64,000 bases of DNA, from the NCBI GenBank assembly GCA_002633005.1, contig NMRA01000426.1:206506-270505 (forward strand). The letters run 5' to 3'. Positions 34,701-49,700 of this stretch are shown in pieces. The stretch comes from Phoronis australis. Taxonomy: Eukaryota; Animalia; Phoronida. The notes beneath the pieces were generated by a model. It made no database searches. It saw nothing but the letters and a program-made list of their open reading frames with translations, and had not been told where the DNA came from. The first letter of the stretch is position 1, and each line of letters starts with the position of its first letter. A program made the translations under genes and the position numbers.

Positions 34701-37700
34701 AATGAAATCAGTGTGCAGACTGTTGCATTATAAATTTGAATAATTTATGCAAATGAAATCCCCCATTATCTAAAATTCTGTTTCTATTCGTAACTGCCTT
34801 ACGCGCCATTTTCTCTCCTTGATGTTTACGTGGTCAGTGAATTTAATGGAATCTGGTTGCAGGTCATTACATGATAAATTTGCATAACTTATACTTCATG
34901 CAAATACGGGTTGATAATCATTTCGAATGCCCTCCCCTACAGATAAAATTAATGCGCATACAAATTATACATGTGAATCCCAAAACAATAGCAATTGGTT
35001 ACAAGGTTTCCGCGATTCCTGTAATTCACTATCGCTTCTCTACAGGCAGTGTTCAGCTAACTATTTAGCATCTTATCATTAAAGTATATCAAAACTGTCT
35101 GTGAATGCGCCTTTAAGTTCCAGTTACAATCACTCTAAACTCCAGTCCCGGACCAGCAGCCACTGAATCCCAGATTCGAATCACTGAATTCGACACCAGG
35201 CACTGAAAATTCTTCATTGAACGACGTCCAAGTTGCGGGGACCAGATTCCAAAGTCATGCATTTATATTCTAAGTGCGAGTTAAGGGTATGGTAATAGAA
35301 TCTAGTCTTTGGAATCGACTTTGGTCATCATGTATGAAGACATTTCGGTGCGTGTGTTTAGTTCAGTGGTGCAAATCTGGGGATTTGTACCACGCGTTTA
35401 GTGTCTTCGGGTCCGGATCGTAGCTGGATTCTAGAGGTGTTATCGTGGAATAGCTCACTTGAGAGTTTCCAGTTAGTCAATGTGACGTCACCGGAAGGAG
35501 GGCAAAACCAGCCATATTGTTCTTGTTTTTCCCCGTCTTTGCTACACCCGCAAAATCTTAAAGGAGTTCTTATGGTGAATTTTACTCTTAAAACGTTAAC
35601 ACAATTTAAGAGATGGTAGATAGATCGTGGAATAACTGTGCATAGACGAAAAAAATGTGAACTTGTTATGTTGTGCGAAGCTGTGAACGGACTGAAATTG
35701 TAAATCGACCCGGCGTTCAGTAACGCTGGGACATACGCTAGGACCTAGCTAAAATGTAGCCAAAGTCACGTGTTCTCATTTTAAATACACGACAATATCT
35801 CACGTAATACCGCGAAGTCTTGCCTTTTAGCGACGTCCTAGCGTTACTGAACGGGAGGCTGGTCTAGGCCAGAATGTCGCAGGCATACAGGGGCGATAGT
35901 ATATCCCTATAGAAAGTTACTCATTTCAAAATACAGCAAATAAAATCAATTCAAACATGCATATGTGCACATGGAGTTATAATGAGCACATACCCTGACT
36001 CTGGATGCAATTTAGTCTTCGATTCGCTCGAGTTTCTCTCACAGGGCGCCATTTTGAGGAAGTCAAATTACACCTGTTGACGAACAAAGAGTCCAAGAGA
36101 CACAAATCTCAGAAATTTCACTTGATATTTTCTCAAGCTATTGTGCAAGTGTCACGCACCAGGTCATGAGCTTTGCTCGGTCTCGCACTGGGCTTTGCCT
36201 CATACTCACCTGACTCAGTTAAAATACGTTGTGGCTGTCGCGCGCGCGGTCAAAGTTAAAAGTAACCAAAAAGTGAAGTTGGAATTCTTCGCCAAAGTCT
36301 CCTGAATTCCCGCAGCAATTCTTCATCGAAGATATGTTTAGAAGCAAAAAGGATCACTGAAGAAAGTAAGAGCCTTTTCAGGTGACGATTTTAGATTTAG
36401 AATATATTTTTGACAAGGTGAAAACTTAATCAGTGAGCGGATTTCGCCCACCGCCCGTTTAAAATACACGGGACGAAATTAGTACAGAACGCGATGGAAC
36501 GTATTGTAGTGCGAATCTGAATTTCATTTGTCATAGCATCAATGCTTGTTTGGCATTTTTCACAGTAAAAGATTAAACTCGAAGTGAACAACAGAATACA
36601 CTCTGCTACCGTATCGGGTAAATGGCCAAACGACAAGCTCTTGTCCACTTCCGGTGACGTCACATTTAAGTCTCACATAATCTCGCGTTATTGTTATAAA
36701 CTCGCAAAAGGAGTATTGTTTCCATCTTTGGTTATGTAAGCAACAAAATCAATAGGACATTTATTTCAGTTACAATCAGTGAGTAGATACACAGACAAAA
36801 TGTGGACGCATGATACGATAGGACTTGTGAATTGTGTGTAAATAAATCATATGTACTGAAAGTGGACTCCCCTCTTAGGTATTTAAGAGGTTGTTGAAAT
36901 GAGGACAACATAGGTTGACTTTTTAATAACATTTATAGGTTATGATTTTCAACTTCCAATGAAGACAATTTCCGTGGCGAATTGTGTACTTCCTGTTATC
37001 GTGCCAGTAAATATTTCGTTTATGCAATCGATTTTTCTGTGAAATCCAAAACTTTAACACTATATTTGACACTCAGTATTGGATTCCAAGAACTTTTTCA
37101 TCCTGTGCTGATAGAATTAGTACAACTTGTAATATAAATATCCATGATGTGTGTCAACTTTTGCGTTTTAATGTTGTATATACAATGCTACTCGACACTG
37201 AAATATTTTTATGTGAAGATGATGCTATCGAACTTGCCAACGGACCCACGTTTGGCGCAAATGTCTTGCATTCTGAAGGTCTGTTCCTCTATGCCGTTCC
37301 ACCATCCAAATGTCCAATTATTGACATACAGCGAAACTGACAAATTATCATTTATCTAGTTTGTGATTTACCACGGTGTTCGAATAAAGAAATCAAAAGG
37401 ACTGTTAGAGAGCTTTTTCGGGTATTTCATCCTAATTTGGTGTTTTGGTATATGTCCCACTTTATATCCCGATGTTCCACTTTCTCAATCCAGGTGTCCC
37501 ATTTTTTCGAACTTTAGCAAGTACAAGATGCCGGTGAATAGAGACAAGGGGAAATATGGGTCGCAAGGGCGTTATCTGGCAACGCATAATATCACAAGAA
37601 TTGTTATCTGGGTTCGAATTCAGCTTGTTTAAAACCTTTGAAAAACTTTTAAGTTATTTGCTTTGTTACACGTTTCAGCAGTAATAAACGAAAATATGAT

Positions 37701-40700
37701 TTCGTCTTGTTAAGCTAGCCAAAAACAAAAAAATTAAGAATTAAGAATTTTACTCTCAAAAATCGGCCTCATATATTCGTTTCCGTGGCAGGATTCTATT
37801 CTGTTACCGATGTAAGTCACAAGGACTTTATATCTGTGCCATTTTTGCTGATAACATAAATATAATCCTTTCACGGTAAGGAATACTATGAGACTAATAT
37901 TTATGACAGTATAATGCCTACTAATATCACTGACAGTATAATGTGTACTAATATCTATGACAGTATAATGCCTACTAATATGTATGAGAGTATAATGCCT
38001 ACTAATATGTATGTCTACAAAATTTATGACAGTATAATGCATACTAATATTTATAGCAGTATAATGCCTACTAATATGTATGACAGTATAATGCCTACTA
38101 GTATTTATAACAGTATAATGCCTACTAGAATACATGACAGTATAATGCCTACTAATATTTTTGACAGTATAATGCATACTAATATGCATGAAAGTGTGGT
38201 TATTACTATTTAATGAAGGTTGGCGCTGAGATACAACACCCTAGTTATGACTGTTTAATGAAGGTTGGCGCTGAGATAAAACAGCCTAGTCACACTTGTG
38301 ACGACAACACACTGACCAATTTAATTGACAAGATGCACGCCATCCAAAATGAGCGAAAACCGACATCCGTAGGTCTTTGTGACCGTAACTTTTGGGGACA
38401 CCTTTCCGACAAACAGATGTTTATCAAACGAATGAAAAAAGAAAATGATGTTTTAAATACGCCAGGTTGTGTATCAATTGTTGGCTTTTGAAATTTTCCA
38501 AGCAATCATTCAAACAACGTTTTTTAATCTCGATGGTGTAGTTGTGGAGGTAAATCTATGTATAAATGTCTCTGTGTATCATCTTAGTAATATGTAGATG
38601 CGGTCTGTTGTATAGACAAATAGGTGCTTAACATTTATGATCAGGAAATGTGAATCCAGAAATTGCAGTTGCGCCTTTTTGGAGTGCATCTTTCTGTTGT
38701 CGATGACTTGTTTACAATACTGTCCTGTATTCATACAGTATGAATAACACACCTGTTAAATCGGCCAGAAATATGTGTTTATTTTACATGTATGTGGTTC
38801 AAGCACGCGGCTATTAAACATTACTTCTGAAACGAAGTAGTTGTTGAGACCCCACTTGCATGACAAAGCGTGATACCTGCGTGCTGGCTAGGCACGTAAT
38901 AAGTATGCTATCCTGTGGCAAAAACCAAATAATCTCTGCCCAATTTATAACCAAATGTTAAAAACCAACTTTGTGTTAGTGAAACGGTCCTGTCTTTTTG
39001 TCTTCAATCTTAACTTTGCCCATATTTTGGTGTTAACTTGGACAATTTTTTGGTGTTAAAGACTTAAATCACTTTTCATGAAACAGGCCCCACTGATGTT
39101 GTCTCGTAAAAATATTTTCGTCAAGTTCGTTTGATTTTGCTACAGAGGTGCATGTGTAGCTAGTCTTCAGCACTAAAACTTTTTCAATGCCTCTATTCTT
39201 CATGATTAAACATATATTATTGAGTCTAAAATGTACTAATGTCTTCAATAGTAAAATGTTATTTACATTGTTGATCAATATGAGTATGAGGTAAGAAATA
39301 TTAATTGGCCTAGACCACATGGAAACAACGACTACGTAAGATAAGACAAGGAGAGTTGTTCAAACTATCGAACATAGGCTTACACAGGCCAATGTGAAAT
39401 AACGCAATTCCCGTGGAAAAGTATAATGTTCCCCAATATAAGACCATGTCTGTGTATTCGAATGCAAAGATATTATCGAATGTTGGCCCATAGGCATACA
39501 AGCGGGAATTTAGGATCAGGGAATTTTACTGTAAATGTATCGACGTGAAATACTGGCATATGCTATGGATCAGAAATGTACTTTCCAGAAACTCTTGAAT
39601 GTGGTTGGAGTGAGTTTGTTATGCACTATACATACATTAAGATTGTTTGGAATTGCATTGACTAGTGTTCAGCAGCTAAAGAAGTATCCAATTTGTTGTA
39701 GGTATGACTTCATTGATGAAGAAGCACCCCAGACGAGAGGTGTCGCTGCTCTAATAGCCCTGCGGAAAAAACAAGACGTCCACCTTATTATCACATCTCC
39801 TTCTCTCCACTGTACGTTCTTTATGTATATAAGTACACTCACCACACTTGCGTTCCGTAGACACGAGAGCCTTGGGAAAATACAAGATCACTCAAGAGTT
39901 CCCGAGATTTTGCCATGTATTATAAGCGAAGCACGTGATCACATTCGTTTTCTTCACGAGATTCTTGTGCCCACGGAACTCAGACCAAGCGCTGCGTGCG
40001 GGGTCTACTCGTTGAACTCGAAATCGAACACGAAATTATTGTTGTCAATTTCCTTCTATTGCTGTGCGAACTCAAAATAAGTGTCTGGCAGTCTGTGCTC
40101 GGCTACGATTTATGCAAAGCAGTTTCTAGTCCACATTCGCATTTGATGACACCAAGATTTGAGCTACAAATTTGAGCAAGAACTCGAAATTGCGAGTAAA
40201 AAATCGAGTCTTGGAATACACTCGAGCTTCAGTCTTAATCTTGGGGTCATCAAGAGCATACTAGAATGGGACAGTCATCGTTGTGAGCCATTATGTACTA
40301 CATCAAGAGCATACTAGAATGGGACAGTCATCGTTGTGAGCCATTATGTACTACATCAAGAGCATACTAGAATGGGACAGTCATCGTTGTGAGCCATTAT
40401 GTACTACAGCATAGAATAACATACATTTATCTTGAGTTCACACAAGAACATGATAAGAAATGACAAAAATATTTTCTAGTAAAAAGATTAGATTGCGAGC
40501 TCTGATTGAAGACTCCAACATTACCTAGACCTGTCTGTCAATAAATAACAAAATTGCGCATACGCCAGAACAGGTAAAACATCGTGGAACAAAGCGGTCT
40601 AGGCTTTTGCATTTCAAAACCTTGGCGTTGGAAGTTTCAATGCCCAATCAGGTACACTGTAATATGTGCAATTTCTACATGTACCATGAAATGGATCGAT

Positions 40701-43700
40701 TTACGTTGTCTGTTTAGAATATTACCGACAATGCTGTTTTTTTCGACAATCACATTCGTCTCATCCAGATACGCCATTATAATTGATGTTCCCGTTGAAA
40801 ATTACGTCAGCATCTAAGACATTTTGACTTGGAATCTGTTGGCTTGTTATTGACTAGGACACTTGAATGGAAATAATGTTGCATATGGCCTGGGGGGCAA
40901 GGGAGACGTACAAGGTCATAAAAAGAGGGTGGTCTTCTTTGAATTTTTTGAGTGCTGTTATTCAGCTGCAGATTCCTAAAATTTGAGACTGCGAATATTT
41001 GTGAAGGCCACGTGAACAGAACAGACGGTGATTCTTTTATAATCCAGATATGCCTTGTAATAATTGCCAAGGCAGCACATCTCAAGTTTCTTCATAAAAC
41101 GTACTTGTAAAACTGTCAAGCGGACTTAAGTTATACGACTTTCAAACAGGAGAATGGTTGACCATAACAGTGAAGTTCGCACATGCGCAGATAACGTTAT
41201 CCTTCGAAAGGAAATTTGAGACTAAAAACACCAGAGGTGTTCCAAATGCACAGAAACAACATAATCCGTACAAAACGCTCGATTTAGTTACAAAATATCA
41301 CTCTAGTCTACAAACTATAACACTGGTAAATTATATATTGGTTTTGTTTCAGTTTTAAAGCCTCAAGCATTGTTGGCTTCGTCGTGGAACTTGCCACAGA
41401 TTTCCTGGGCTGCGTCTAATGCCGAGTTCTCTAACAAAGACCTTTACTCGTCGCTATCTCTGATTGCAGGACCAAATAAGTATCTAGGCGAAGCTGTTGT
41501 AGAGATTTGTGACCACTTCCAATGGCATGTTATATCCATTCTTGTGTGCGAGACAGGTATGCACCACATCTTTGAGAATTGTCCATCATCGAATGCAAGT
41601 CTGTATATCAAAAACATTTTTGAGGTTTGCTTTCTTCTGAAATATTTTTTAGTCCTTGGTGAAATCTACTAGAGATAATAAGCAACTTAGGCCTACTGCT
41701 CTGACTCACGACAACAAAATTCGACACCTGTTTTCTGGAAGTCTTGAAAAATGTATTGAGGTATGTAAACTTTTTGATAGGTATGATTCGCTAAGGTATC
41801 ACTCATTATTTACAGGTAACCATTTTGTTCTGACCAGTGGGCAGCTCGGGCAGAGCTTATAGGGACAAAATACAGGTCTTTCATTTACAGACATTTTGAG
41901 GCGTTCGGCATTGTTGTGTAGATGATAAGATTGTCCTACCGCATAGCAGTGGCAATTCGATTGCATGAAGGGTGCACATAATTTATGAAAAAACTAGGAG
42001 ATCCTACTGCGTTCAATTCTTAGACGTCCAGTAACGCTAAACACAGACCACCAATTGCTCCATATCTAGCGACAAAGCCTATAACATCCCCACACCAACT
42101 CAATTTTCAAAAAAAAAACAAACACAAACCATAAAGAACCCAGTTATGCTTTTTGGCTTAAATGGGAATGGATATTTGAGAACCCCCCCCCTCCTGAACA
42201 GTTTTTAAAACAGGCCCTCCTAAGGCTAAGGAAATCATTCTTCTAAGATTTACCTTCTGGGAACATCAGGGTTGCCACCAGAGTATATTAAGGGAAATGT
42301 TTCTTCTGAGGTTCACTTAATGTACATGTTGAGCAACCCTTTAACATACTGGCATCACATAAGAATTATCATAAAATTTTTATGCAAATGCTTAAAAGAT
42401 AAAAAGTCAATTTCTATATGGGAGGCTATAGAGTAGACGAGACTCATAATTTGCTGTCGACCGACGAGGGAGAGGGTTTCTCAGTAGGAGTCCCACGTCA
42501 CTAAACAATCGAAACCCCTTTCCATACATATGAATGTGCGTGTGATGTTGTCTCAGAGACTTATTAAAGACACCAGTGACAGTTGGCCTATAGTCAAGAT
42601 AGTTGATATCTTTCAAACAGACGATTTAGCGGCGCATCAAGCGGTAGTTGAAAGTATGAAAGTGGCACTGGAACTCTCGAGTACACTGCTCGTCGGAGAG
42701 TATATCAAAGTCCGCACCAATCGCACAGATTTCAGCGTGGAGCTTACAAAGTTGAAGTCAATTTCAAAAGGTAAATAAATCAACAACCAGATAATCGTGT
42801 ATTCATTTCTTAGAGGGAGAGGCTGGGGAAGCAAAAAGTTCTTGTCTGTGTTCGAATTCCGCCTGACCTCGCGAGCTTGTCGGTTTGCAGTCAAATGCAG
42901 TCGCATGGATTGTAGAGAATTGCCTGGTTGCAAATTGGCGTAGTAAAACAAAGACTGAAAGGTCATAAGTACCATGCAGTTGAAGGCACTTTCCATGCAT
43001 CTTTACGCGATAGAACAGCTTCAAACCTGTGTTACCAAAACAGTCAGTGGATTCTGGTATTACAAAACACATTTTAAGGAAACTTGACTCTTGTTATAGC
43101 TTATTCAGGGAGTGTATACAATTCCATGACTGCGCTACTAAACTTTATTAACCATTTGCCAAGTCGAAGTCTGGGACCGGACCAACAAATCCCCAAACCC
43201 CGACCACACACGCAGAGAAAATGCCCCATAGACAATGACCAAATTCTATTTCCCAATACCCAGATTAATGATAGGCAAAGCACTAATTGTACAATAGCCC
43301 ATGTCAGAACGAATTTGGAGTAAAAATGACCTAAACAAGGTCACGGTTGAACAATATTTCCAAGTTTATATTATTGACGTACCAAAGACTTACCCGTCAG
43401 GACACCTTAATTTTTGCGTTCTTTTCACGTTCTTAGTGATAATTCTATGTGGAACGAAAAGAGTGATAAGACACATCATGCTGAAGGCACGTGACCTGGA
43501 TATGACCAGTGGTGACTTTGTGTTCATCGCCGCGGATCCCTACTGGTCCCACAAACACGTGAAGCCTTGGTACAACAACGACCAATTCGACGAGAAAGCG
43601 CGAGATGCTTTCAGGGCTCTGTTTAAGGTGCGAACGTTAATCATGAATTGAGTTTGTAAACCTTCGTGAAGTTAAAAAGGGATGAGTATAACAGACTTTT

Positions 43701-46700
43701 TCCTATATACTTTAATTAGGGGACCGAAGTCTGTTCCATGTAGTCAATAATTATCATGAAAATTTATCAATTGCATTACCCGCTTCGAATAACATTACCA
43801 GTTGATACAGCAATGTTGCAGCGCGATCAGTGAAGTCTGAGTTTAAGTCGTGTCTGAGTTCAGAAATTAGAACCCGGTCCAGAAAACGATACGCCTATTG
43901 TTGGTTTAAAAAAACTTTTAAAACTACCTTCAGTAAAAGCCAGAAGAGCAGACACTCTTAAAGCTGGTAACATATTGCGGATCATTCAAATGGACTTTCT
44001 TCCACGACGTGTATTACGTTTAGGTGATTAAATATTTCGTGCACAATTTTCATTGCATGTCAACCAGCATATTGTGTGGACCCATGGTCTTAACCCGCCA
44101 TTCGCTACTTCTGTCATCTGCTTCATAGCTATCATTCGACTTTTACCGCGAGGAAGACGAGAAACGGCTGAGAGAATTTAAAAAAAATGTCACCTTAATG
44201 ATGGCTGAACCACCATGGCTCATTAACGACGTTAGAAACGTACGTATCATTCTCCAAGCTGAAGGATGTACAGTGTAACTGAAGTAAAAAGGCGTACAAG
44301 CAATGGTTGTTCAACTAATGTCAGTTTACACTCGTTCCATTCTAACGGCAGACAGTTTGCATTACTTCACAAAAATGTTATTGCCTCTTCAGCTTCGAAA
44401 TGCCATAACTGCTGACATTTCCACAATCCTTATCGTAATTTGTAAAGAGTTGAGCAGATCAACGACGTGCTCGATGCGACTGCTTGAATTTCGCTACAAT
44501 TGTTGAATTCTTGTTTTTTTGTCTTTCTTGATTGGTTTTAATTTGTTTGGAATTCAAAATAGACAAGATTTTAAGAATTTTCACAAAGTTTAATTATTCC
44601 AACAAATACGTCTTTTGTCAATCAACCAAATAGGTTTTTACGATGAGACTGTCTTACAACCATGTCTAGTAAAAGTTCACTAGAAAGTGCCACAGAATAC
44701 AACGAACATGACCAAATACAGTGCGTAGAGTTCTGTATATAGGTCATCTTCTCATCCTCTCACAAGAACTTAGTCATTTTTATTTACCATTGATGCATAT
44801 AGCAATCGTGATGCATAAATCATGGTCCACCCACTGACACCGGGATTGGGAAATAAACGAGGTACAGGGAACCCGCTTAATGACAGAGTAAGGCCAAACG
44901 AAGAACACTGGATTGTTTTAGTCATTGGTAAACTTATCCATGCAATTAAACCTTGGCGAATTGTATATTTTTCATATTGACGCTCTCTAGAAAAATGGGA
45001 GCACGAAAGTGACTTCCCATTGATCCTGACTCAGATCTGGTGGACAGCAATTCAATTACAACACGGTGGTTCATTAATTTAACAGCAAAGGAATGGATTT
45101 CACTTTGAGTCCCTCCCGTGGTTGTGTTAGTTTTAGTTAACTAATTTATTTTAGCATTTGGCACCGACAGAAATCGAGATTCTTCCACTTAATCGGATAC
45201 CTCGTCGCAGCATGTGAACCTAAGTTACAAATTATCGAAATCAAAGAATCTTGAAACAATTTGTATGACACGGGATGCACGAATTGTGACAATTAGAAAG
45301 CTGTGGAAATGTGTAGCTCTGAAACGTCTTTCGATTTTGCCCGCACAGGCCTCCAAGTTTTCACCGTTCTTGCACGACGCAATGATGGTTTATTTCTACT
45401 ATCTGAACAAAACACAACCCAGCATCTGGATGCAAGCCGACGGACAGAGATTCCGAAAGTTCTTGAAAAAGATCACGTTTCGTGGTAAGCAGAGATGAAG
45501 TCGAGGGAGTACTGACTTACAGTATTGAGGCCTTTGCATTTCCCTTCATATTTAACATTCCCCCCCACTATTTAGCCTTGGTAGTGATGAAGTAAACAGA
45601 CTAGTCTGCACAAAGATAGCATTCAGCCTCAGCATTCAACTCTTGCGGAGGTAGTAGAGTGCCCTACTTATACAGGTGGTTGTCTTGTGCAGCCTTGGCG
45701 TCTGTGTATGCAGTTGACTGGGTATGTGGTAGACTATTCTCGTCAACATCCTTTAAATATCTCATGTACATGAAACTTAGAGTCATCGGCTATGTAATCG
45801 ACTGTGTTGTTGGTGCAATAGGGTAATTTGTTTGATTTGTTGTGCATAGTTGCCTTGTCTGTGTTGCAGGTGTTACGGGTACTGTCCTTATGGACGAGCA
45901 CGGAGACAGGATACCCAACTTCGTGTTAAGTAGTCTGAGGCAGAGCGGCATGTATGAAGCTGTGGTAAAGATTCACCCTTGGGCTCCCTCCTCAAAGAAG
46001 GTGATACGTTCCTAGATAATCTGTTGTGTTATAATTTAACGGCGTACATGTAGGCGAAAACAAATGACACTGCCTTCAATCTTATTGCAAACTGACACGC
46101 ATTAACAAAATTTTGTTCTAGGAATCTCTTCATGAGTTCATGATCATGATTTTAGGCAATTTTATTAATAGCGGGAGAAAGTTCGCCTGGTTACACGTCA
46201 AAAAGCGGCAAATGTTACACAACCAACATCACTATGGTCGGAAATTGACCTATCGGAAGCTCCGCCCCCTTGGGTAATGTCGACAAACAAACAATAAGTT
46301 TTACCCGGCAACATGCTGTTTGTCGGGTAAAATGGCGGCTTGGAAACGAAGCTGTGTCAAGAATCATGGGTTCTGATTGGTCATCTAAGCCGTCACTCAA
46401 AGTCCCGGCGATAGGTCAATTCTTATTTCCACCGCCATTAACTCATCGAACGTGCATGCTCGGCTGACGCAATTTCGGGATTTTAGCTAGAGTGAGCAAG
46501 CTCGGCCGACGCACCTACCGGATTTCATGATAAACCTCCTTTGCAGCGCCCTTTTGTGGCCAAAAAAAAACTTGCCAGTGACAAAATGGCTACGCAACGG
46601 TAAAAATTCTCGCTTAGTTTATTTCATTCGAAATTTCAATCATAAATTAGAAGTTTCTGATCGGTACATTTTGGCCAGCCAAAAATAGCCTAACCACACT

Positions 46701-49700
46701 TTTTGGTAAAATAGTCCCGTAGTAATTTCAGTGTGACTCGATCCCATACTCGTTTTCTTCTCGTGTTCGTGTGTGTGTAGCACGATTCAACGTCGACGCA
46801 GTCTACCCAGTCTTCTGCCACTGAAATTTTATATGACCACTGACACCTTTTAGATAAATTTTAAGTTCTATTTCAATTTGAAGGAGCTATTCGCTTGACT
46901 CTCAGGCCACTATGGTCTCAGTTTTGTTAAGAGACACTGTGTTCGCTAATGACAGGATGAGGACCCATCGGTAGAGGCTTTCAGTTCGCCATAAGTCCGC
47001 CTATGAGCTCAAACATTTTTTTGTCAAATTATTGTTTCCTGGGAAAACGTCTATATACTAATGTCCAGAAAATGTCAGTAATGTCCTTCATAAATAGAAT
47101 TTGAAGGAACTTTAGTTACATTATCTTTTTATCGCTGATTTTGCTCAAGCACATGGGTTTGGTATATCTATATCACACAAGTAATGGAGTTTAGACCCAC
47201 TTTGTTCCTTCTCACGTCCGTATATGGGAAATTAACTGAATGACTGCAAGGTTTTGTTACGTGGAACGGCAACAAGGCTCCACCTTTCGTCACATCACAC
47301 GAACAAAGCTCGGACAGAATAAGGAACTAATAACAGCAATTCGTGTATGTTTAGACAAAGAAGATTGTCTCTGACCAGATTTGGTTGTTCAGGAAGCCGC
47401 TTCCCAAAGATAATCCCAATTGTGGCCTCTCGGGAACGTGCAAACAAGGTACACGGTTGGTTTGGGAGATTTTCATTTTGTTCTACAAAGGATAACTGAG
47501 TTCTAATTTGATCAAGCCGTCGATTGCTACGAAAAAAATCAACAACGCCATGTCAGCTGCTCACTTGCACGAGTGACATGACGTCACGCTCGAAGTGCAT
47601 CCTTTTCTACTAAAATTATTTGCACGCGCATTGATGTCAATTTGCTATCAAAGGCATTTGGAATTCATTATGCAAAAAAATTTACATCATAGCCATTATT
47701 TAACGCAGTATACTATCATCACTTTGTAAAATCTTGAGAAATTTGTCCCGTGGTCTACTATTTCGTCACAAGAAAACAACAGTGAGGTCGACTTGAAAGT
47801 GGTTGACTGTAAAACTGCGCTGATAGATAGCGTATAACTAGGAATACATTCACCCCAACACTGTCAATAGGGTCTGAGTTTTTAAAGGCGAATGCAACCT
47901 TTTTCATGTCAGTTTTAGCAAAAATAAGGATAGTTGATTATCCCAGACGTGTTTTTCAGTTAATTACAGCTTTTTGTAATTTAAACAATTACTCGTCCGC
48001 TACACCGGAAGTGACGTTTCGAGAGGCAAGAATTTCGCGCCAATTTGTTTTCATATAGACCAACTGTGAGAGTTGCCGAGTCAGTCATTGCTCTACCTTG
48101 GTTGTTATAACTTCGGTCGTCGTTCGCTTTTTTACGAGTCGGTCAACATGCCACACTGTTGCTGCGTACCGGGATGTACTCATTATCGTCTCACGGACAG
48201 AGGAACAACTGTCCCACTTGCCCGAGCGTCCCGCGACACACTCCCACTGGATGGTGACCTGAGAACACAAACTGAATGAATCCCGTCGTGTGACGCCCTC
48301 GCCAAACACCTATCACCTTGTAAATAGCTCCAGTACTTTAGACAAGTCCACAATAAGCTTATCAAAATTTGGCTCACCGATCTGCTCATTGGACGACAAA
48401 CTGTCTTCTTCACTCGGTGTCTGACTGGGCATGTATTCACTGCCACTACTCAACATCGCAGCAGGGCTGCTTACAGGCTCTGGGCGATAATGAGTACATC
48501 CTGGTACGCAACAACAATGTGGCATGTTGACTGACTCGTAAACAAAAGCAAACGACGATCGAACTTATCCCAATATGGGTTAGAACAATCAATGACTCGA
48601 CAGCTCCCACAGTCGGACTATATGAAAAGAAATTGGCGCGAAATTCTTGCCTCCAAGAACGTCACTTCCGGAATAGAGGACGAATAATTAATTAAATTTC
48701 GAAAAGCTGCAATTAAGTAAAAATATATCTGGGATAATCAATGAACCTTATTTTTGCTGAAAATGACATGAAAAAAGGTTGCCTTTTCCTTTAAGTTTTA
48801 GGTACGATGTTGAAACCTTCCAAATGATTGAGTTGTTTCATCAACACATTGTGCATATTCATCTAGAATGTTCTTCAGCTGGCATGTGGCGCATCGTTCA
48901 GCTGTATTTCATTTATAACAAGTCGGCGTCGTAACAATATCAAATAACTGTTAATCTTTTTATTACTTCACCAATTAGGCGTATTGATATCGTTTTAATA
49001 AACCGCTTTCATCACAGTACATGCACAAAGAGAAGAGTTAAAGAAGTAACACACGTTAACAAAAGACCCATGAAGCTGACCGATTAAATTCGTAAACTGT
49101 CCATGAAATTTCCATGGTAAAAACTGCATTCAACAACTAATCGGGTTAATGGCATTGGCTAGTAGTGTTCCCGGTTTTTTGAAGATTTGGTCAAGCTTAC
49201 CAATGATCCGAATGATTACTTAGGGTCTTGGCATGTAAAGACTTGAGGATTGTTTCGATAACCTGAACTGTTTCTCTAGAAAACTATCAGAAGTTCTTTA
49301 ATCAAGTCTAGTTATCCCAGCTTCTTGTGCGGCAAGGCCAGATTGAGTGTTATTGTCTGCTGTCATTGCAGCCAGCACCATAACGTCAATGCTGCTGTTG
49401 GGACTAACCGCCGGAATGGCTAGTTGTCTCCTATTAGTCATCATTGCTGTCAGTCTGGTGGCCGCCATAAGGTAAGTCAGATATTACCTTCCCATAATCA
49501 CACGAATGTGTTGTTTACGAATGCCATAGACCACCGAACATAAGTAAAATATAAATGATGGATAATTGATTCAAATAATTGTTATTGGCGATTCTTTGTA
49601 ACTTTAATTTCAATGTCATTTTGTTTGTCAGGCGTCGCAGATTCGAGACCGAGTTATCAAAAATGGCGTGGCGAATTGACCTCAAAGAATTGTTGTCGCC

